From positions 32,001 to 96,000 of the IMG/VR virus record IMGVR_UViG_3300036985_006427: a stretch of 64,000 bases of DNA. One strand, written 5' to 3'. The notes beneath the pieces are model-generated. The model was not told the origin of the DNA. It was given only the letters and a program-made list of their open reading frames with translations, and ran no database searches. The position numbers and the translations under genes are program-made. The DNA is from a virus. Below are positions 58,352 through 64,000 of the stretch, one piece after another. Position 1 is the stretch's first letter; each line of letters starts with the position of its first letter.

Positions 58352-58397
58352 TTTATCGCCTTTATAATTGAACTGTAATCAGATTGTATTCCAAATG

Positions 58398-58408
58398 ACT
58401 ATACACAT
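58398..58408 (-). promoter_or_regulatory. Putative late promoter ATGTGTATAGT
   Basis: Recurrent motif ~47 nt upstream of the portal ATG. Confidence 0.55.
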
Positions 58409-58411
58409 ATT

Positions 58412-60412
58412 TCAATAAAGGTTATTATTCATATTGTCTGTGAACCAAGCTGGGCCATTATACAGTTTACCTTTTGGGTCTTTTTCTTTCTCAACTGTTG
58501 CAAATCCTCCATAAAAATTATATATTTCTGAGCTTGGAGTTCGGGCTATGGTTCTGGCGGACATATTGGCCATCAAAAGAGCTGAGTATCTGTCTTTTCT
58601 TAGCTTGCCCTTTTTGCCAGTTCCTATGACTGTTTCTGGCGTGTCCCATTTGTCTCTGCCAGAAGGTGTTTGTGATATTTGAATCATAGCCAACTCATCT
58701 TTTAGATCCTCTATTTCCATAACGCACTGTTCCAGTGTGTCAAAAGATCTGCCCTTCATTTCATCTTCGATTGCTGAAATATCCAGACTGAGCGTATCGA
58801 ACATGGGGAATAAAAGAGCTTTATCCTCAAAGTCTTTTCTCATTCCGTGATTTGATTCAGACACCCAGTCATATCTAGAAAATTGGCACATTTCTAATAT
58901 ATGTAGACCTCTGTTGTCGTCTGAGTCTTTTGGTTTTTCTGGGTCGATTGTTTCCCAGATTGGAACTTCATTTTCTTGTATTTTATCTTTATCGTGTAAG
59001 CTTTCCATAACAGCGATACCGCCACCTCCAGCATCCATAGCTATTTGAACGCATGGAAAAACTATCATCAAATCTCTTATTTTTCTAGCGCAATAAGCGT
59101 AAAAATCAGATTCAGATGAAAATCCACTTTTAATTTTTTCTTTGTGCTGATCTCTGTTTGTTGTCCAACAGTGGACGACTCTTCTGTGATCTTCGTTTAG
59201 TTCTAAAATCACAATACTGAAATTGTCTACTTCTGAAGCTGGGTCAACTCCAAAGATGTATTTCTTTTGTATGTCGCCTCTGATTCTTGTTGAAAAACAA
59301 ATATCAATTCCATTTTTGTCTTTTATAGGAGCTTTGTCCAAGTACTGATCGTTTGTGACGCACGCCTCTATCAGGGATCGCTTGAAAAAGCCCTGTGAGT
59401 CGCGTGTGAAGCAAGCTCCGAACTCCATCTGGTATATTCCAGCGTGAACGGTAGCCTTTGATCTAGCGACCTGTGAGGCGTCCATAAAGCCCTCTGGTAA
59501 AAGCTCGTAGGGTATTCTTATTATCGAATAATCTTTCCAGTTAAAACCTTCTGGGGGATCTTCATTGAAGATGTCTCGTAATCTACTTTCTTTGCCTTGG
59601 CTCTTTATTATCGATTTCCACTTTTTCCAATATTGAGCGAAATGGTTAAAATCGTAATAGGCTGTTCCTGAAAGAATTATTTGATTGTCACTCTTTTTAA
59701 GAATATTGCTATCTTCTTCAAAATAATCTAAATTATACTCTTTGGCCTTTTTTTTCGCTGCCATGCTTTTAACGTTTTCGATGGGATCTGAACTCACTGC
59801 AGCAAAACCAGCAACAACATTTTCGAAAATATCCCTTGGTATACTTGCAAATTCATCAGAGATAATATCATTTGCTCGTTGACCTCTTATCTTCTGGCCA
59901 TCTCCTAAAGGTAGGCATGTCACGCGAGACTGATTTATTCTGAGTACGCATCTGTCAACGTCTCTTCTTGGTCCAGACTCAGCATCGCACATGCTTCTTA
60001 GGATTGGAGCTTTGTTCCATATTGTTTCCATGTATTCAAACAGCACTTTTGATTGTCTGAAAGCAGCACCAACAATAACAATCTTTCTTTCTGGAAGGAT
60101 CAAAGCTCTGAGTATTGAATAAAGAGATAAAATAAAAGACTTGCCAAAACCTCGGCTAGCGATAAGCATCGGAAATTTACGATTCCACATCTCATGTAAA
60201 AACAAAGCTTGAGATGGCAGTATGTTGACGTTCAATATGTGTTTGCATAAAAACGAAAAATACTCTGGCCTTGTCATCAACCACAACAATCTATAGTGAG
60301 AATCGTTTGCAGATCCTATGAATTTCATTGGATTGAATATTAATTCATCATTGATGTCGTCAAGGTTCAGCCAAGCTTCATTTATAACTTTGATTTTGCC
60401 ATCGTCTTTCAT
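58412..60412 (-). CDS. terL: Terminase large subunit
   Basis: Walker A ASRGFGKS, IRGQRA, Walker B IISDE, nuclease FGVDPA and KDRYSA. Confidence 0.95.
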   Translation of the reverse strand: MKDDGKIKVINEAWLNLDDINDELIFNPMKFIGSANDSHYRLLWLMTRPEYFSFLCKHILNVNILPSQALFLHEMWNRKFPMLIASRGFGKSFILSLYSILRALILPERKIVIVGAAFRQSKVLFEYMETIWNKAPILRSMCDAESGPRRDVDRCVLRINQSRVTCLPLGDGQKIRGQRANDIISDEFASIPRDIFENVVAGFAAVSSDPIENVKSMAAKKKAKEYNLDYFEEDSNILKKSDNQIILSGTAYYDFNHFAQYWKKWKSIIKSQGKESRLRDIFNEDPPEGFNWKDYSIIRIPYELLPEGFMDASQVARSKATVHAGIYQMEFGACFTRDSQGFFKRSLIEACVTNDQYLDKAPIKDKNGIDICFSTRIRGDIQKKYIFGVDPASEVDNFSIVILELNEDHRRVVHCWTTNRDQHKEKIKSGFSSESDFYAYCARKIRDLMIVFPCVQIAMDAGGGGIAVMESLHDKDKIQENEVPIWETIDPEKPKDSDDNRGLHILEMCQFSRYDWVSESNHGMRKDFEDKALLFPMFDTLSLDISAIEDEMKGRSFDTLEQCVMEIEDLKDELAMIQISQTPSGRDKWDTPETVIGTGKKGKLRKDRYSALLMANMSARTIARTPSSEIYNFYGGFATVEKEKDPKGKLYNGPAWFTDNMNNNLY

Positions 60413-61062
60413 TTCAAACTCCCGATACTCTTCATTTTTCTTGTGTCAAGTACATGGTCTGCAAAACCATAATAAACGGATTCATTTGCTTCTAGATACC
60501 AATCTCCGTCTTTTAATTTTCTCTTTAAGAAATTTCTTACCTTGTCTATGTCTAGATTGGTGTAACTTTCCTTGAAGTATTTACCATAAATACATTTGTT
60601 GGCATAGATATCTATCATGATCTCAGCGTTGATCTTGTCTAACTTTGCCAAGTTGTGTGCGCTTAAATGATCGCTTGCGCAAGCAAAGCTTCCATAATGA
60701 AGCATGAAATGGGCGTTTGGAGTTAAAACTCTTTTGTCTGCTGCTTGCAGAATTATGCCGCTCATAGACTCAGCTTGACCATAAGCCACTATCGTAACGT
60801 AAGACTTAGTCAAAGCTATCGCGTCGTAGATGACCATACCGTCAGACCAATTGCCTCCGATACTGTGCATGTGAACAATTATCGGTTCTTCAGAGATGGT
60901 GTCTAAAAGCCTGATGTTCTTATAAAAGTTAACAGCCATTCTGTACTCGACACCGGGATCTTCATCAGTATTGAATACATGTCCATGAAGATATATTTCT
61001 CTGTTCTTTACGTCTAATCCATATTGATGTATGTCCGAAATAGTATCTGTTAGAATGTCCAT
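60409..61062 (-). CDS. clpP: ClpP-family (S14) serine protease
   Basis: SIGG..GMVIYD, AESMS (Ser), FMLH (His), DWYL..YGFAD; start MDILTD with GGGAG RBS. Confidence 0.88.
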   Translation of the reverse strand: MDILTDTISDIHQYGLDVKNREIYLHGHVFNTDEDPGVEYRMAVNFYKNIRLLDTISEEPIIVHMHSIGGNWSDGMVIYDAIALTKSYVTIVAYGQAESMSGIILQAADKRVLTPNAHFMLHYGSFACASDHLSAHNLAKLDKINAEIMIDIYANKCIYGKYFKESYTNLDIDKVRNFLKRKLKDGDWYLEANESVYYGFADHVLDTRKMKSIGSLK

Positions 61063-61063
61063 T

Positions 61064-61573
61064 TTAATCTTTTCTCCCAATAGAGTAGTGTTCGTTTACC
61101 CTCTTCAAAATACTGTTTACTGCTAACTTTGCATTTTTCCTGTTGCCGCAAAAAATAACATGTATGCCATGATACATTTGGAATTCTATTAGCATTTTAA
61201 GGATGTACTTGTTGGTTACTTTTATCGAAGACCATTTTTCCTCAGGAATATCAGATCTATCTGGAAAATCCATTACATCTTCAAGAGAAAATTCTAATAT
61301 CAGAAATTTAAAAGGAAAGGGTGTCATTCTTTCTATTTCTCTGATGAATCTATGTTTATCTTTTCCAAGATTTATAGCTAATTCAGAAATCCTACCTTTT
61401 CTTTCTATGCAGATTTTATCTTCAAGACCAACAATCGAATAATCTCCTGTGTCGAGTTTTTTAACAACCATTCCCTCACATGAGGTGTAGGTTCCAGAAA
61501 ACTTTTCAAAAGTATATCCGTCTTGCTCCCTTGTGTCTTTTATGACCGTGTAAGGAGGTGATTTAATTGGCAT
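61064..61573 (-). CDS. ERCC4/XPF-family structure-specific nuclease
   Basis: DTREQ, GDY, IERK motifs. Confidence 0.85.
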   Translation of the reverse strand: MPIKSPPYTVIKDTREQDGYTFEKFSGTYTSCEGMVVKKLDTGDYSIVGLEDKICIERKGRISELAINLGKDKHRFIREIERMTPFPFKFLILEFSLEDVMDFPDRSDIPEEKWSSIKVTNKYILKMLIEFQMYHGIHVIFCGNRKNAKLAVNSILKRVNEHYSIGRKD

Positions 61574-61829
61574 TTTTTCTTATTATCTCCATAAAAAGCG
61601 AGCTATAGAAATGTTCCTTGTCTTTGATAGAGTCGTGACACGATCTACAAAGTGTTATTCCATTTTGAGTGTCGAACCTCAAAGACGGAGCACTGGACCA
61701 TTTATTGATATGATGTGCTTGTAATTTACTTTTACGCTTACAATTTGGCATTTGACACATGAATTTATCTCGTTTGTAAACTCTTGTTCGCCATTCTTTG
61801 TAAACTGGATCATCATAATTTCTTTTCAT
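61563..61829 (-). CDS. HNH endonuclease
   Basis: RDKFMCQ..C..AHHI..NGITLC..CH; start moved to MKRNY. Confidence 0.9.
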   Translation of the reverse strand: MKRNYDDPVYKEWRTRVYKRDKFMCQMPNCKRKSKLQAHHINKWSSAPSLRFDTQNGITLCRSCHDSIKDKEHFYSSLFMEIIRKNAN

Positions 61830-62076
61830 CTTTACACACAACCTTTATTATTCTGATATCGTTTTCGATGTCTTTTATAAAAAGAGCGATCTTGTCAGAA
61901 GGCTTTTGTTTGAGCAGAGTTTCAGAAAATTTACAGTAAGCCAAGTAACAAGCTTCGTCTGGATCTGCAGCTTCAATAAAGATATCTGGATACCCATGGT
62001 TAAATTCATTCAATCTGAATTGCACAAGTCTTTGTAAGACAGCAGTAAGATTAAAAGTTATTACATAAATCTTCAT
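61813..62076 (-). CDS. Hypothetical protein (87 aa)
   Basis: Overlaps the gmd stop (ATGA). Confidence 0.65.
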   Translation of the reverse strand: MKIYVITFNLTAVLQRLVQFRLNEFNHGYPDIFIEAADPDEACYLAYCKFSETLLKQKPSDKIALFIKDIENDIRIIKVVCKDEKKL

Positions 62077-63173
62077 GGCAATGTGTCATGATCAATCATT
62101 AGTTTCACCAAGTCTGTAAATGTATGTTTTGGTTTCCAGCCAAGAACATTGAGTGCCTTGCTGGATTCTCCACATAAATAGTCAACTTCTGCTGGTCTAT
62201 AGAATTCTGGATCTTGAACAACCAATCCAGACCAATCTACGATACCAACATGGTTGAATGCTACGTCTAGGAACTCACGAATAGTGTGAGTCTCGCCGCT
62301 GCAGATGACGTAATCATCAGGATAATCCTGCTGAAGCATCGTCCACATCGCTTCCACGTAATCTCCTGCATACCCCCAATCTCTGAATGCTTCTAAGTTG
62401 CCCAGACGTAGTTTTGGAAACTTTTCAACAATTGAGCCATCCCCACTGAGTATAAGTGGAGAAATTTTAAGAAAATAGTTTGGATCAGAGTCATAATCAA
62501 TAGCAAGACTATCTACATGGTTTTTCCATTTCACGAATTCTCCAATCCACTTTGTGATTTTTCTGGTGACGAAATCTTCACCTCTTCTTGGACCCTCATG
62601 ATTAAAAAGGATTCCAGAGCTAGCATGAAAAGAATAAGCTTCACGAAAAAGGCTAACCATATGATGAGCGGCGCATTTCGCTATCGCGTATGGGCTTTGC
62701 GGCATGAATTTAGTTTCTTCGTCTTGATATTTTACTGTTAATCCAGACGTTGTGTCAGTATACTGATCATAATTTTTACCAAACATCTCGCTTGAGCTAG
62801 CCTGATAAAACCTAGCTTTTGTTATTTGTAGATCAACCAATGCTTGTAAAATATTAAGGCACCCCTTGCCTGTAATATCCCAAGTCAAGGCTGGCTGTTT
62901 GAACGATACGGCAACATGACTTTGTGCCGCTAAATTATAGACTTCATCTACATCCGCGTGTTTTTTAAGGATATTGCTGACAGAATGTACATCAGTGATG
63001 TCTCCGTGCATCAGTTCGAAACTCTGATTGCAAAGCACATGTTTGATTCTTTGTGTGTTGTCGGTACTTGAGCGTCGTGCAACACCAACAACGTGATAAC
63101 CTTTTGAGAGTAGCAGGTCTGCCAAGTGACTACCATCTTGTCCTGTTATTCCAAATACGATAGCTTTTTTCAT
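62073..63173 (-). CDS. gmd: GDP-mannose 4,6-dehydratase
   Basis: GITGQDG, NLAAQSHV, QASSSE, YAIAK, NHEGPRRG..FVTRKI, RDWGYA, RPAEV. Confidence 0.96.
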   Translation of the reverse strand: MKKAIVFGITGQDGSHLADLLLSKGYHVVGVARRSSTDNTQRIKHVLCNQSFELMHGDITDVHSVSNILKKHADVDEVYNLAAQSHVAVSFKQPALTWDITGKGCLNILQALVDLQITKARFYQASSSEMFGKNYDQYTDTTSGLTVKYQDEETKFMPQSPYAIAKCAAHHMVSLFREAYSFHASSGILFNHEGPRRGEDFVTRKITKWIGEFVKWKNHVDSLAIDYDSDPNYFLKISPLILSGDGSIVEKFPKLRLGNLEAFRDWGYAGDYVEAMWTMLQQDYPDDYVICSGETHTIREFLDVAFNHVGIVDWSGLVVQDPEFYRPAEVDYLCGESSKALNVLGWKPKHTFTDLVKLMIDHDTLP

Positions 63174-63195
63174 AAGTTTTCCTTTTTGCTTCCAA

Positions 63196-64000
63196 TTAAT
63201 CTTTGACGGTTTCGGGTGTCAAGAAAGGTTGATCTACTGTTCCGTCATTGTACTTGTGGTATTGAGCAAGCCTGTCTTGTTCTTTGTACATTGAAAGTCG
63301 CATTTTTTCCATTTCGAGGCCGTAAGACCTTGCAACCTCTTGGTTGGTTATCAAATATGTCATCCATCCGGTAAAACTTGACTTGCTGTCCTGAAAGCGC
63401 TGTACGCGCTGTTCGCGCGTTGCTTTCATGTCCTTTAGCATTGAACTCTTTTTGGTTTGAAGCTCTCGGTAGTCCTTGTTGAGCGATTCCTGAGAGGCTT
63501 TGAGCGAGGCGATCTGACTTGCCATGTTGAACAACACGTCTTTGTCGATTTGATCCGGGTCTCGTTGACGCTCAGCAAAGATCAGGGTTTCTAAAACAGA
63601 TATTTGTTCTAGGTTTTCTTTGTTGCCCTTCAAAGAGCGGTTCATTAGTAATTCTAATTTTATAAGGTCAACAACCTGCAGCTCTTCGGTTGGAATAACA
63701 TCATCTTGAAATTGAGATATAATTCTGGACCAATGATATTGAAATAGCTTCAATTCATCTTCAGTGAATTGTTGTTTTAGCTCAACGAAGTATGGTCTAA
63801 AAGCAAGGTCATATTTTGCTTGGTCTTCAGTTGATATAGAGTCAAACCAACTGGGTTTTTCTATTTCGTTTTTTGCAACTTTGCGTTTTATGAAGTCTAG
63901 AACGCTATCTGGATTTCTGTCTAGAGACAGAGCTAATTTTTGATAACCAAAGTTAACGTTTTCTTTTATGAACGTTTCTTCTGGTTTACTGATGCGTCCC
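63196..64000 (-). CDS. Hypothetical HTH + coiled-coil protein, partial at the 5' end (possible small-terminase-like)
   Basis: Frame stays open to the right edge (GRISKPEETFIKEN..LALSLDRNPDSV..); the ORF-track start at 63753 is internal. Confidence 0.6.
   Translation of the reverse strand, partial: GRISKPEETFIKENVNFGYQKLALSLDRNPDSVLDFIKRKVAKNEIEKPSWFDSISTEDQAKYDLAFRPYFVELKQQFTEDELKLFQYHWSRIISQFQDDVIPTEELQVVDLIKLELLMNRSLKGNKENLEQISVLETLIFAERQRDPDQIDKDVLFNMASQIASLKASQESLNKDYRELQTKKSSMLKDMKATREQRVQRFQDSKSSFTGWMTYLITNQEVARSYGLEMEKMRLSMYKEQDRLAQYHKYNDGTVDQPFLTPETVKD

Larger units (their letters stand above)
1..64000 (-). mobile_element. Tailed dsDNA phage (Caudoviricetes) genome segment: packaging, head, appendage and tail modules
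   Basis: Co-oriented TerL-portal-protease-decoration-MCP-neck-tail tube-tape measure-tail tip gene order; dense coding; no host housekeeping genes. Confidence 0.97.

Noticed and set aside
58412-60412. Intein or intron in the terminase
   Set aside because: Motif spacing is continuous; no intein-terminal HN-C/S/T or LAGLIDADG signature seen
1-64000. tRNA/rRNA genes, tail sheath, lysis genes, host assignment
   Set aside because: None recognisable; intergenic gaps are short, and the sequence gives no firm host signal

Overview
The window is the virion morphogenesis (late) region of a large tailed dsDNA phage, probably siphovirus-like because no tail sheath is evident. Essentially all genes are on the minus strand and use the standard genetic code. 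In the direction of transcription (right to left) it encodes: a partial coiled-coil protein, GDP-mannose 4,6-dehydratase, HNH and ERCC4 nucleases, a ClpP-like protease, terminase large subunit, portal, prohead protease-scaffold, head decoration protein, major capsid protein, a ~19 kb mosaic cluster of fibre/appendage genes (including a vWA/MIDAS protein, a DUF5672-like glycosyltransferase and a higher-GC block), neck proteins, major tail protein, two paralogous chaperone-like genes, a 2792-aa tape measure protein, a 4158-aa adhesin and tail tip/hub proteins. The most notable observations are: (1) the tape measure protein looks like a polyprotein, with repeated [FY]xxGG / DTVPAxLTPGEFV cassettes bracketing a PD-(D/E)xK nuclease-like module and preceding an HExxH metallopeptidase; (2) the giant adhesin has an integrin-alpha-like 7-bladed FG-GAP propeller with a vWA-like insert in blade 2 and nested GIFT-like inserts, and a separate gene encodes a Cys-capped vWA/MIDAS protein; (3) Ser-Gly enrichment in appendage proteins together with sugar enzymes suggests virion glycosylation; (4) duplicated tail chaperones with an RBS-occluding hairpin may replace the usual G/GT frameshift; (5) a recurrent GTGTATWAT-like late-promoter motif. 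All domain calls are by-eye motif recognition, not database hits, and the host is unknown.
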